Assembly: GCA_041650935.1 (NCBI GenBank)
Contig: JBAZKH010000001.1
Location: 139,945-203,944 of the forward strand
Origin: Candidatus Omnitrophota bacterium
GTDB lineage: Bacteria > Omnitrophota > Gorgyraeia > 2-01-FULL-45-10
Direction: 5' to 3'
Length of the DNA stretch: 64,000 nucleotides
The translations under genes were made by a program, and so were the position numbers. The notes beneath the pieces were generated by a model. It saw only the letters and a program-made list of their open reading frames with translations. It was not told the DNA's origin and did no database searches. This document shows positions 47,869 through 56,473 of this stretch, piece after piece (position 1 is the stretch's first letter; each line of letters starts with the position of its first letter).

Positions 47869-48501
47869 ATGTGGGATATAATCCAAAAAGGCGGACCGAT
47901 GATGTACCTGATAATACTGTCGTCCATACTGGCGTTCGGCGTCGTTATAGACAGGATATATAATTTACGCCGGGCCAGGATAGACGCGGATAAATTTATG
48001 GATGAAGTAACCGCGGTCCTCAAAAGGAATAAGATCATAGAGTCGATCGAGATGTGCAATAAGACGCCCGGGCCCATCGCGCATATAGTAAAAGCCGGTA
48101 TACTGAAACATGACCGGTCCAAGCCGGAGATAAAGGAAGCCGTTGACGAAGCGGCGCAGCTCGAGATACCGAGGCTCGAAAAACACCTGCCGATCCTGGC
48201 GACGATAGCGCACATAACGCCTCTCCTCGGTCTCCTTGGCACCGTTGCGGGCATGATAAAGTCGTTCCAGGTTATTCAGGCAAAGGCGCTCGCCCTTACG
48301 CCCGTAAACCCGGGGGACCTCGCGGGCGGTATATGGGAAGCGCTTCTTTCGACGGTAGCCGGCCTCGCCGTAGCTATTCCCACTTACGTTGCTTATAATT
48401 ATCTGACGAGCCAGATAGACGCGCTTGTCTTCGATATGGAAAGGAGCGCGACGGACCTGGTGAACCTGCTCTCGTCCAGGAGAGATACTTATGAGGTTTA
48501 A
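47869..48501 (+). CDS. tolQ: MotA/TolQ/ExbB proton-channel protein
   Basis: 210 aa with three TM segments and the TolQ/ExbB-type core. Confidence 0.85.
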   Translation: MWDIIQKGGPMMYLIILSSILAFGVVIDRIYNLRRARIDADKFMDEVTAVLKRNKIIESIEMCNKTPGPIAHIVKAGILKHDRSKPEIKEAVDEAAQLEIPRLEKHLPILATIAHITPLLGLLGTVAGMIKSFQVIQAKALALTPVNPGDLAGGIWEALLSTVAGLAVAIPTYVAYNYLTSQIDALVFDMERSATDLVNLLSSRRDTYEV

Positions 48502-48883
48502 AAGGCGGTTGAGGATAGAGAAGGGGCTGATAGAATTGACGCCGCTTGTAAATGTCTTCTTTCTCCTATTCGTATTCTTCGCGTTTACGTCGAGCTTTAT
48601 ATTCCAGCCCGGTATAACGGTGAACCTGCCGAAGGCGGTTACGAGCGAGGTTGTACAGCAGGAGAGCGCCGTCATAATAGTTACAAAATACGACGCGATA
48701 TACTTGAATGAACGGGAGATGTCGCGGGACGAGCTGGCCTCGAGCCTGCGCCTCATGGCAAAGAATAATATGCCGCTGCTAATCAAGGCGGACAACCACG
48801 CTTCGCTGGGGAAGGTTGTTGAAATTTGGGATATGTGCAGGGCCGAAGGCGTATCGCAGGCCAGCATTGCGACCAACAAATAG
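48491..48883 (+). CDS. tolR: ExbD/TolR biopolymer transport protein
   Basis: 130 aa. N-terminal TM (LTPLVNVFFLLFVFF) and ExbD fold. Confidence 0.85.
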   Translation: MRFKRRLRIEKGLIELTPLVNVFFLLFVFFAFTSSFIFQPGITVNLPKAVTSEVVQQESAVIIVTKYDAIYLNEREMSRDELASSLRLMAKNNMPLLIKADNHASLGKVVEIWDMCRAEGVSQASIATNK

Positions 48884-48891
48884 GTTGAATC

Positions 48892-49305
48892 ATGGCAGCG
48901 GCAAAGATGTTGCAGAAATTTTTCAGGAATGATGCTCACAGGATCTTTGCGATCGCCATTCTCATATCTTTGGCGTGGCATCTTTTCTGGATGGCTACGA
49001 TAACCATAGTCTCCGGGCAGCCGGGCGCTTCTCAGGTGAAATTTTCGCGGGTATCGTTTCTTGGGCCTCTGCTCGGAAGCGGGACCATGGAGCTTCAGGC
49101 CAGGCCGAAAGAGCGTTCATTCCTGGAAAAGAGATATTCCGCGGCGGTAAGCCGCTTATCGATTAAAGGTCCCGCGGTCCCGGGCGCACCGGCCGATAAA
49201 TATGAAAATGACGTCTATGCCGGCCATTCGCGGGATGAACGGATTATTGCTTTGATAGCCGACGCCCTTGGCAGTGAAAAGCTCGAACCGTCTCGCGAAG
49301 AATAG
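48892..49305 (+). CDS. hypothetical single-pass membrane protein (occupies the TolA/TonB position but lacks a C-terminal domain)
   Basis: 137 aa with TM IFAIAILISLAWHLFWMATITIV. Confidence 0.5.
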   Translation: MAAAKMLQKFFRNDAHRIFAIAILISLAWHLFWMATITIVSGQPGASQVKFSRVSFLGPLLGSGTMELQARPKERSFLEKRYSAAVSRLSIKGPAVPGAPADKYENDVYAGHSRDERIIALIADALGSEKLEPSREE

Positions 49306-49316
49306 TTCCCGAGGCC

Positions 49317-49571
49317 TTGACTATTGATATAATTATGATAAAATTAGATATAGGAACATTAATATTCTTCTATACATTATTTTCTGCTATACTTCTTTTG
49401 GTAATATGGACGTTATTTGCATATAAAAGGCCGAAAGGCCCGATAGCTAGAGAGATAGACTATACCTGGAAATGCTCGGTCTGTTTCCATTCTTATATCG
49501 ATTCGAAGCATGACGAAATATCTGTTTGTCCTTTATGCGGTAGCTACAACAAGAAGTCTGAAATAAGGTAA
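49317..49571 (+). CDS. small membrane protein with C-terminal CxxC...CxxC zinc ribbon
   Basis: 84 aa. TM LIFFYTLFSAILLLVIWTLF, then CSVC...CPLC. Confidence 0.45.
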   Translation: MTIDIIMIKLDIGTLIFFYTLFSAILLLVIWTLFAYKRPKGPIAREIDYTWKCSVCFHSYIDSKHDEISVCPLCGSYNKKSEIR

Positions 49572-49584
49572 TCCCTTGGCGCTG

Positions 49585-49815
49585 GAGTGAGAGTGTTGCA
49601 CCTCGGGATGATTTGCAAGAGTGAGATAAGGGCAAATCACGGTGCGATTTGTCTAAAGTTAGATACAAATTAAGGTAGCCCCTCGCTGCCGGAGTTAGAC
49701 AGTGGCAGCTCGGGACGATTTGTCAGACTTAGATACAATGAGGTAGCCCCTCGGTGCGGGACTTAGATTGTTGCACCTCGGGACGATTTGTCAGAGTTAG
49801 ATAATAACAAATCGG
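49585..49815 (+). repeat. ~68-bp tandem repeat, about 3.5 copies
   Basis: Repeated units ...TTAGATACAA(T)GAGGTAGCCCCTCG(G/C)TGC(G/C)GGA(C/G)TTAGA.(A)GT(T/G)GCACCTCGGGACGATTTGTCAGA(C/G).... Confidence 0.8.
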
Positions 49816-49825
49816 AGGTGGTAAA

Positions 49826-50026
49826 ATGATTACCGAAATAGGTATTACTGCTGGTGATATATGGCATTATCTTGATGTACACGGGAAGAGCCCTCTTTCG
49901 CAGATCGTTAAAGATATCGATACCGAAAAAGAGAGAGTTCTTATGAGCATAGGTTGGCTCGCCAGAGAGGGGCACGTCATCGTTGAAAAGTCCGGCCAGG
50001 ATTATCATATATATCTGAGGAGATAG
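49826..50026 (+). CDS. small winged-helix protein (DUF2582-like)
   Basis: 66 aa MITEIGITAGDIWHYL...SIGWLAREGHV. SD GGAGGTGG upstream. Confidence 0.55.
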   Translation: MITEIGITAGDIWHYLDVHGKSPLSQIVKDIDTEKERVLMSIGWLAREGHVIVEKSGQDYHIYLRR

Positions 50027-50037
50027 GGGGGGTAGGC

Positions 50038-50310
50038 ATGGAAGAGAAGAAGAGCCTGAGAGACGAAGAACAGGTACCGATAGTTGCTCCTTTAAAGGTA
50101 TTGGTCCAGAAGACTATAAATAAGCGTTTTGGGTGGTGGTCTGCCGTTGTCCTGCTCGAAAGCTACGGCAGAAAACAAGTCTGCTTCTACCTATGGCAGA
50201 AGAAAGATACCGGCGGCTGGAAAAGAAAACAGAAATTCGCCGTTCATAACCAGGAAGACTGGGAGCTCATACAGAACGCTGTCAGCGGGATGATAAGCGA
50301 ATTAACCTGA
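50038..50310 (+). CDS. hypothetical protein
   Basis: 90-aa ORF 11 nt after the previous gene. No recognisable motif. Confidence 0.4.
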   Translation: MEEKKSLRDEEQVPIVAPLKVLVQKTINKRFGWWSAVVLLESYGRKQVCFYLWQKKDTGGWKRKQKFAVHNQEDWELIQNAVSGMISELT

Positions 50311-50319
50311 CATTATCCC

Positions 50320-50670
50320 ATGCCGACCAGCAGAAGACCAAAATCGTACATACCCCGCGATTTTTGTATAATCCTAGTTACTTGCCAATCCAAAATAGAA
50401 GCCAGGAAGATCGCCTCGTCGCTTTTAAAGAAGCGGCTTGCCGCGTGCGTTAATATTATGCCGGGTGTCGATTCCAGGTTTTGGTGGAAAGGAAATATAG
50501 ATAGATCCGGTGAAGTGCTTCTTACGGCGAAGTCGGTGCGCCGTAATTTTATGCGTATAGAAAAAGCGGTGAGACGTCTCCATAGTTATGATGTGCCGGA
50601 GATAATCGCTATTCCATTAATTGCCGGCAGCGCGGATTATCTGAGATGGATAGCTTGTAATGTCGAATGA
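50320..50670 (+). CDS. cutA: divalent-cation tolerance protein CutA
   Basis: CutA1 fold signature ILVTCQSKIEARKIASSLLKKRLAACVNI...VPEIIAIPL. Confidence 0.8.
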   Translation: MPTSRRPKSYIPRDFCIILVTCQSKIEARKIASSLLKKRLAACVNIMPGVDSRFWWKGNIDRSGEVLLTAKSVRRNFMRIEKAVRRLHSYDVPEIIAIPLIAGSADYLRWIACNVE

Positions 50671-50765
50671 CAAAACCCAAATGACAAATAAATCTTTAAA
50701 TGACCAACATTAAAATATTTGGTTTTAAATGATTGGTTTGGATTTTGAAATTTGTCGTTTATGAT
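50655..50765 (+). repeat. AT-rich palindromic element, family A copy 4 (contains the cutA stop; abuts tRNA-Ala)
   Basis: AATGTCGAATGACAAAACCCAAATGACAAATAAATCTTTAAATGA...TTTAAATGATTGGTTTGGATTTTGAAATTTGTCG. Confidence 0.7.
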
Positions 50766-50772
50766 GTTCTTA

Positions 50773-50848
50773 GGGGCAGTAGCTCAGCTGGGAGAGCACC
50801 ACGTTCGCAACGTGGGGGTCGTGGGTTCGAATCCCATCTGCTCCACCA
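50773..50848 (+). tRNA. tRNA-Ala (anticodon CGC)
   Basis: Cloverleaf GGGGCAG/CTGCTCC acceptor stem with G3:U70. D-arm GCTC...GAGC. Anticodon stem CCACG/CGTGG with loop TTCGCAA. T-arm GTGGG TTCGAAT CCCAT. Encoded CCA. Confidence 0.9.
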
Positions 50849-51070
50849 TGTACCACTCGCAACAACTGGCTATAGATATTGCTCGGGTACATGGCGCAGC
50901 CATGTACCATATGCAGTCGCAGCGTGTAGTGATACATGCCCTGTACCTGAAAAATGCCGAAGGCATTTTGAATGGTATAGGGCCCTAAACCATTCACTGC
51001 GTTCAGGTTTGGGGCACAGCAAACACTCGGGTTTTGCCTAGCGCCCGAGCGGCAGTATTAGCGTTGGTGA

Positions 51071-52564
51071 ATGGTACTGGGAAAAAATAAAAAGCTTATG
51101 AAAACACAAATCATACTTGCAGCCTTTACCCTGCTTCTCACCTCCTCCGCCTCTGCCGCCGACGTGAAGACGGCGGATCTTGCCGGCACGTGGTATCCGC
51201 GGGACAAAACAGAGCTGACCGCTTTGCTTCAGGGTTATCTTGATTCAGCCGATCCGCAAAAGATAGACGGAGAGGTCTTCGCGATCATTTCACCGCACGC
51301 TGGATATCAGTTTTCCGGGCCGGTTGCCGCCTATGGTTATAAGGCCGTCCGGGATAAAGGCGTTAAGACGGTAATCGTTATAGGTTTTAGCCATAAGAAA
51401 CGGTTTGACGGTATATCCGTGTATGCCGGTGGAGCGTGGAGAACGCCTCTGGGCGATATCGCGATCGACGAAGCGTTTGCAAACGAGCTGATATCGAAGA
51501 ACAAGAGGATATCTTTTAACCCCGGTCTCTTCGAAGGTGAAAATTCGGTCGAGATGCAAATTCCGTTCATCCAGCTTGCCCTGAAAGGCGCCAGGATCGT
51601 TCCCGTTGCTTTTGGGACCCAGGAATATTCCGATGCCGAGATATTGGCCGGGGCCCTGGCGTCTCTGCTTAAAGATAGGCGCGATTGCCTTATAGTCGCT
51701 TCCACGGATCTTTCGCATTACCATCCTTATGACCGGGCACTGCGTATTGATAACGAGCTTATATCTATATTGCAAAAGATGCGGCCGCGGGACCTGTACG
51801 ATGGGGCCCTGGCGGGAAGGTGCGAGCTCTGCGGTTCTATGCCGGTTGTCGCGACGCTCGCCGCGGCACAAAAGGCGGGATTCGACAGGATCGAAATCCT
51901 GAAGTACGCAAATTCAGGGGACACATCCGGGGACAGGAGCAAAGTTGTCGGGTATTTGAGCGCGGCGATCTATAAAGGGCAAGCGCAAAAGAAAGAGGGA
52001 GCGGCCATGTTTAACGAATCCCAGAAAAAAAAGCTACTTCAGATTGCCAGAGAATCGCTGACGGCTTATGTTAATGGCGGTAAGCGAAAGGTATTTTCCG
52101 AGACGGACCCTCTATTGAACCAGGATCTAGGGGCGTTCGTGACATTGCATGAAAAGGGCGAACTCAGGGGATGCATCGGCAGCATATCCGGCCATGGCCC
52201 GCTATATCAGACTGTAGCGGGTATGGCGATAGAGGCAGCAACAGGCGATCCGCGTTTTCCCGTTCTTTCAAAGGAAGAGATAGATAAGGTCGACATAGAA
52301 ATATCCGTACTTACGCCGCTCCAAAAAGTTTCCGGTTACGCGGACGTTAAAATTCCCGGAAACGGTGTTTTAATAAGGCGCGGAACGAGAAGCGGTGTTT
52401 TCCTGCCGCAGGTTGCGGCCGAGACAGGATGGAACAGGGACGAGTTTTTGTCCTACCTGTGCGCGCACAAGGCCGGATTGCCGCAGGATGCCTGGAAAGA
52501 TCCGGACACGGAAATTTATATTTTTTCGGCAGAGGTATTTGGAGAGAAAGGGGGAGGCAGGTGA
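51071..52564 (+). CDS. fusion protein: Memo1-like (AmmeMemoRadiSam protein B-like) + AMMECR1 domain, with N-terminal signal peptide
   Basis: N-terminal half has ...FAIISPHAGYQFSGPVAAYGY.... C-terminal half has the AMMECR1 core ...GAFVTLHEKGELRGCIGSISG.... Signal peptide MKTQIILAAFTLLLTSSASAADV. Confidence 0.75.
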   Translation: MVLGKNKKLMKTQIILAAFTLLLTSSASAADVKTADLAGTWYPRDKTELTALLQGYLDSADPQKIDGEVFAIISPHAGYQFSGPVAAYGYKAVRDKGVKTVIVIGFSHKKRFDGISVYAGGAWRTPLGDIAIDEAFANELISKNKRISFNPGLFEGENSVEMQIPFIQLALKGARIVPVAFGTQEYSDAEILAGALASLLKDRRDCLIVASTDLSHYHPYDRALRIDNELISILQKMRPRDLYDGALAGRCELCGSMPVVATLAAAQKAGFDRIEILKYANSGDTSGDRSKVVGYLSAAIYKGQAQKKEGAAMFNESQKKKLLQIARESLTAYVNGGKRKVFSETDPLLNQDLGAFVTLHEKGELRGCIGSISGHGPLYQTVAGMAIEAATGDPRFPVLSKEEIDKVDIEISVLTPLQKVSGYADVKIPGNGVLIRRGTRSGVFLPQVAAETGWNRDEFLSYLCAHKAGLPQDAWKDPDTEIYIFSAEVFGEKGGGR

Positions 52565-53481
52565 AGAAGAAAATTTTAATAATAGTTATAGCCGTAGTTG
52601 CTGCCGCGCTGACAATAGCATTTATCATTCATAAGCCTTCTTCGGAAGCCGGGAAACGGGCGGGAAAGACGATTGCCTCCGGGAACCCTGAAAAAGAAAA
52701 GGGTGCGGGACAGGCGAAAAAATCGTTCCGTAAAGGAATGGGAGGGATCAGCGTAAGCATAAAAAATTCGAGCGGTAAGACCCAATATCTGAGATTAAAG
52801 GCTTTTAGCGTGGAAGGAAAACGGTCCAGTTCGTTTGCGGCCACGTTTGGATCGGGACGCATGCAGGAATTACCGCCGGGTAAATACGACATCGAGATAG
52901 ATACTGTGCCCGCGCTGATATATAAAAATATAGAGGTGAAAGAAGGCGTGGAGACGGTTGAAGATCTCGGCGCGATTACGGGCGCGCTTACAGTTAAGGC
53001 GCTCAATTCCAAAAAGAAGGAAACGCCTTTACCGGTAAAAATTATCCGCGCGAAATCCGATATTGCGGTCGCGGTTATTACGACAAACAGGCCTGCCGAG
53101 ATAATGCCCGGTATATACGATATCGATATAGAGACTATGCCCAAACAATCGAAGAGCGACGTTAAAATAGAGAGCGGTAAAGAGACGGTTGTGGATATGG
53201 GCGTGGTATCCGGGTCCGTAACGGTTAAGGCTGTCGACGAGAACGGCAAAGAAGCGCGCCTGAATGTCCGGATAAAAAATGCGGCTAACAATGTGATAGC
53301 GGCTTCTGCGATTACGGGCCGGCCGGTCGAGATAACGCCGGGAGAGTATGATATAGAGATTTTGTCGTCGCCTTCTCAGGCGCGGAAGGGCGTGAAAGTT
53401 ACGGCGGGCGAGGATACGGTCATAGATTTTTCTATTCAATCAACTCCGCCGCGGCCGGCTGCTCCGGCCAGGAAGAGATAA
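52561..53481 (+). CDS. membrane-anchored protein with three ~50-aa beta-rich repeats (PEGA/CarboxypepD_reg-like)
   Basis: GTG start overlapping the previous stop. TM IIVIAVVAAALTIAFII. Repeats around LPPGKYDIEIDT / IMPGIYDIDIET / ITPGEYDIEILS. Pro-rich C-terminus. Confidence 0.6.
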   Translation: MKKKILIIVIAVVAAALTIAFIIHKPSSEAGKRAGKTIASGNPEKEKGAGQAKKSFRKGMGGISVSIKNSSGKTQYLRLKAFSVEGKRSSSFAATFGSGRMQELPPGKYDIEIDTVPALIYKNIEVKEGVETVEDLGAITGALTVKALNSKKKETPLPVKIIRAKSDIAVAVITTNRPAEIMPGIYDIDIETMPKQSKSDVKIESGKETVVDMGVVSGSVTVKAVDENGKEARLNVRIKNAANNVIAASAITGRPVEITPGEYDIEILSSPSQARKGVKVTAGEDTVIDFSIQSTPPRPAAPARKR

Positions 53482-53536
53482 TCTGCCCCGGGTTTAGCAT
53501 CGTGAGGTAGGGGGGGGGCAAGAAAGAAGGTGCGGG

Positions 53537-54268
53537 GTGTCAAGATTCTTTATCTGCCCCGAAGCTGTAAAAGGGGAGCGTATAGTCATAAACGGTAAAG
53601 AGGCGCATCATATCCTTGACGTGATGCGCTTGAAGGTATCCGATAGCGTTGTTACCTTTGACGGCACCGGAAAAGAATACTCCGGTATAATTAAAAACGT
53701 ATCCCGCAATTCTCTTACGGTAGAGATAACCGCAACCCGCACGCTGTCCGGGAAGGGACAGCCGCGGATAATACTTATCCAGGCGTTGCCCAGAAAAGCT
53801 AAGATGGATTATATAGTCGAAAAAGCGACGGAGCTTGGCGTCCATGCGATAGTTCCGGTGATCGCCGAAAGGACCGTGCCGGTATGGAATGAGGAGAAGA
53901 TGCGCGCGCATGTCCAGAGATGGACCAAGATAGCGACAGCGGCGGCTAAACAATGCGGCAGGCTGGATATCCCGCAGGTTTTTGCTCTGGCAAAATTCAA
54001 GGATGCTTTGGAGAAACTCGCCGGCGTTAACCTGAAGCTGATAGCGGTTTTAAGCGAAGAAGCCGTTCCGTTAAAAGAGGTCATAAGAGGCTCGGGCGCC
54101 GGGCAGATCGCGATAGCCATAGGGCCGGAGGGAGACTTTACGGCCGGCGAAGCGGAATACGCCAGGAGCCTTGCCTTTAAAGCGGTGGATCTCGGCCCCA
54201 GGGTTTTAAAGAGCGACACGGCGGGCCTTGCCCTTCTCTCGATATTAAACTATGAGCTGTCAAACTGA
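53537..54268 (+). CDS. rsmE: 16S rRNA (uracil1498-N3)-methyltransferase
   Basis: RsmE family N-terminus MSRFFICPEAVKGERIVINGKEAHHILDVMRLKVSD. SPOUT C-terminal domain. Confidence 0.85.
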   Translation: MSRFFICPEAVKGERIVINGKEAHHILDVMRLKVSDSVVTFDGTGKEYSGIIKNVSRNSLTVEITATRTLSGKGQPRIILIQALPRKAKMDYIVEKATELGVHAIVPVIAERTVPVWNEEKMRAHVQRWTKIATAAAKQCGRLDIPQVFALAKFKDALEKLAGVNLKLIAVLSEEAVPLKEVIRGSGAGQIAIAIGPEGDFTAGEAEYARSLAFKAVDLGPRVLKSDTAGLALLSILNYELSN

Positions 54269-55589
54269 TTCCTTAAAGAGATTCTATATATATACCCTTG
54301 GCTGCAAGGTGAACCAATACGAGTCGCAGGCCATGAGGGAGATATTGCTCAGGTCCGGTTTCAAAGAGTGCCTGGCAAAAGAGATAGCGGATATCTACAT
54401 AATAAATACATGCACCGTTACGCATCATGCGGACAAGGAATCGCGCTACCTGGTCGGGATGTTCCACAGGATAAATCCAAAAGCGAAGATCGTTGTTGCC
54501 GGTTGTTATGTGGAGCGGAATGCCGACGAGATTTCATTTTTGCCGGGAGTGGCCCATATCGTGAAAAATGAGGAAAAGGGGCGGATCGCGGAGATTCTCA
54601 ACGAACAACGCACAACGAACAATGAACAACGAAACAGTCAGTCTGAGTTTATAATCACCGGCTTCAAAGGCCGCACGAAAGCCTTCGTCAAGATACAGGA
54701 CGGCTGTGAAAACAGGTGCTCATACTGCAAGGTCCCGCTTGTCAGGGGAGCGCTTAAGTCAAAGCCTCTGACGAGCATAGTCGAAGAGGCCGGCCGTCTC
54801 GTGTCGTCGGGTTTTAAAGAGCTTGTGCTCGTCGGCATCTGCCTCGGAGCGTGGGGCAAGGAGATAGCGGCAGGCACGGGCCCCGGGAGCGCAGGTGTTG
54901 TCGAAGTTCTCAAAGCGCTGGTTAAGATAGGCGGCGATTTTCGTATCCGCTTAAGTTCGATAGAGCCGCGATATATTACTGACGAATTGATAGAATTCAT
55001 AGCCGCAAATAAAAAAATATGTAAGCACCTGCACATACCGCTCCAATCAGGAGACGACGAAACGTTGAAGCGCATGAACAGGCCGTACACGGCGGTGGAA
55101 TATTACCAGATGGTCGGCCGGCTGAGACGCGTCATGCCCGATATAGCGTTATCTACGGATGTCATGGTTGGATTTCCCGGGGAGGGCAGGGCCAATTTTA
55201 CAAGAACGCGCGATTTTGTAAAATCGATTGTGCCGGCCCGGATGCATATATTTACATACAGCAAAAGAGACGGTACGGAGGCGTGCAATATGTCCGGAGA
55301 GATGCCGGAAGGGGTATTGAAGAAAAGGTATTACGACCTTAAGACGGCGGCCCTGATGTCATCCTATATCTACCGCGCTAATTTTGTGGACAGGCCCCTC
55401 GAAGTGCTCGTCGAGTCGAAGCGCGACAGGCAATCTGGCTTTTTGACGGGATACTCCGATAATTATATAAAGGTAATCTTTGATGGTAGCGATGATGTTA
55501 TGGGAAAGGTCGTGATCGTAAAGATAGAAGAGATGACGATGGGCTATACGATAGGCAGAATTTCCCAGGCTGACCAAAAAATTACTTGA
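54252..55589 (+). CDS. MiaB/MtaB-family radical-SAM tRNA methylthiotransferase
   Basis: N-terminal MTTase domain TLGCKVNQYESQAM. Radical SAM CxxxCxxC (CENRCSYC). TRAM-like C-terminus. Confidence 0.85.
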   Translation: MSCQTDSLKRFYIYTLGCKVNQYESQAMREILLRSGFKECLAKEIADIYIINTCTVTHHADKESRYLVGMFHRINPKAKIVVAGCYVERNADEISFLPGVAHIVKNEEKGRIAEILNEQRTTNNEQRNSQSEFIITGFKGRTKAFVKIQDGCENRCSYCKVPLVRGALKSKPLTSIVEEAGRLVSSGFKELVLVGICLGAWGKEIAAGTGPGSAGVVEVLKALVKIGGDFRIRLSSIEPRYITDELIEFIAANKKICKHLHIPLQSGDDETLKRMNRPYTAVEYYQMVGRLRRVMPDIALSTDVMVGFPGEGRANFTRTRDFVKSIVPARMHIFTYSKRDGTEACNMSGEMPEGVLKKRYYDLKTAALMSSYIYRANFVDRPLEVLVESKRDRQSGFLTGYSDNYIKVIFDGSDDVMGKVVIVKIEEMTMGYTIGRISQADQKIT

Positions 55590-55613
55590 CAAGAGATGGA
55601 TTATAGCTAAAAT
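55586..55613 (+). promoter_or_regulatory. sigma70-like promoter TTGACA-N16-TAAAAT upstream of fabG
   Basis: TTGACA at 55586-55591 and TAAAAT at 55608-55613. Confidence 0.5.
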
Positions 55614-55639
55614 GGCACAAAATAGATGAAAGGATCCGT

Positions 55640-56380
55640 ATGCTATTAAAAGAGAAAGTAGCTTTTGTTACGGGCGGTGCCAGGGGAATAGGCAGGGAGA
55701 TAGCCCTTACCTTTGCCAGGGAAGGCGCTAATATAGCTTTGTGCGATGTGAGCGCCGAAACTCTCGCCGCGGCCCAAAAGGAGATAGAAGCCCTGGGAAG
55801 GCTTGTCGTAACCGGTGTCGTGGATGTAACAAAGTCCGACCAGGTCGAATCCTTCGTCCAAAAAACCCTTGACAAATTCAATAAAATAGATATACTTGTT
55901 AACAATGCGGGCATCACCAGGGATGGACTTCTTGTAAGAATGTCCGAATCCGACTGGGATGCGGTCCTGGCTGTTAATCTGAAAGGCGCATTTAACTGCA
56001 CCAAGGCCGTATCAAAGGTAATGATGAAGCAGCGTGACGGCAGAATAGTGAACATGGCCTCTATAATAGGTATAATGGGCAATGCCGGCCAGGCAAATTA
56101 CGCTGCTTCAAAGGGTGGTCTGATAGCGTTAACCAAAACCATCGCCAAGGAGCTCGCATCAAGGAATGTCAGAGCCAACGCTATTGCGCCGGGTTTCATC
56201 CAGACAGACATGACCGCCAAGCTTTCCGATAACGTCAAGAGCGAGATGATGAAGTTCGTTCCGCTGGCTAAATTCGGAACGGTTAAGGATGTAGCCAATC
56301 TCGCCCTATTCTTAGCAAGTGATAATTCGTCCTATATTACGGGACAGGTAATACAAGTTGACGGTGGAATGGTAATGTAA
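55640..56380 (+). CDS. fabG: 3-oxoacyl-[ACP] reductase
   Basis: TGGARGIGREIA cofactor motif. SDR catalytic S...YxxxK. Confidence 0.9.
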   Translation: MLLKEKVAFVTGGARGIGREIALTFAREGANIALCDVSAETLAAAQKEIEALGRLVVTGVVDVTKSDQVESFVQKTLDKFNKIDILVNNAGITRDGLLVRMSESDWDAVLAVNLKGAFNCTKAVSKVMMKQRDGRIVNMASIIGIMGNAGQANYAASKGGLIALTKTIAKELASRNVRANAIAPGFIQTDMTAKLSDNVKSEMMKFVPLAKFGTVKDVANLALFLASDNSSYITGQVIQVDGGMVM

Positions 56381-56473
56381 AAACAGTGAATAGTGTATAG
56401 TGAATAGTGTATAGTTGAAGATATAACTATCCACTAGGTGCTATCCACTAAACACTAAATTTAAGGAGGTAGC
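56381..56473 (+). repeat. heptamer-repeat palindromic element (copy G5)
   Basis: CAGTGAATAGTGTATAGTGAATAGTGTATAG...CTATCCACTAGGTGCTATCCACTAAACACTA form imperfect inverted arms. Confidence 0.65.

Noticed and set aside
49585-49815. Possible CRISPR array (regularly spaced GCACCTCGGGACGATTTGTCAGA repeats)
   Set aside because: The 'spacers' are homologous to one another, so the ~68-bp unit repeats as a whole. There are only ~3.5 copies and no cas genes or leader. It is a plain tandem repeat.
50752-50997. ORFs of 78, 75 and 60 aa overlapping the tRNA-Ala locus on both strands
   Set aside because: They coincide with a well-formed tRNA and a hairpin-rich spacer, so they are not protein-coding.
50849-51070. 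Integrated element or att site downstream of tRNA-Ala
   Set aside because: No integrase, no direct repeat of the tRNA 3' end, and no compositional shift. The adjacent genes look native (cutA, Memo-AMMECR1).
52429-52560. Upstream ATG (52429) for the PEGA-like gene, giving a 350-aa product
   Set aside because: The extension lies wholly inside the Memo-AMMECR1 gene in another frame. The GTG at 52561 overlapping the upstream stop is followed directly by the TM segment, so it is the more plausible start.
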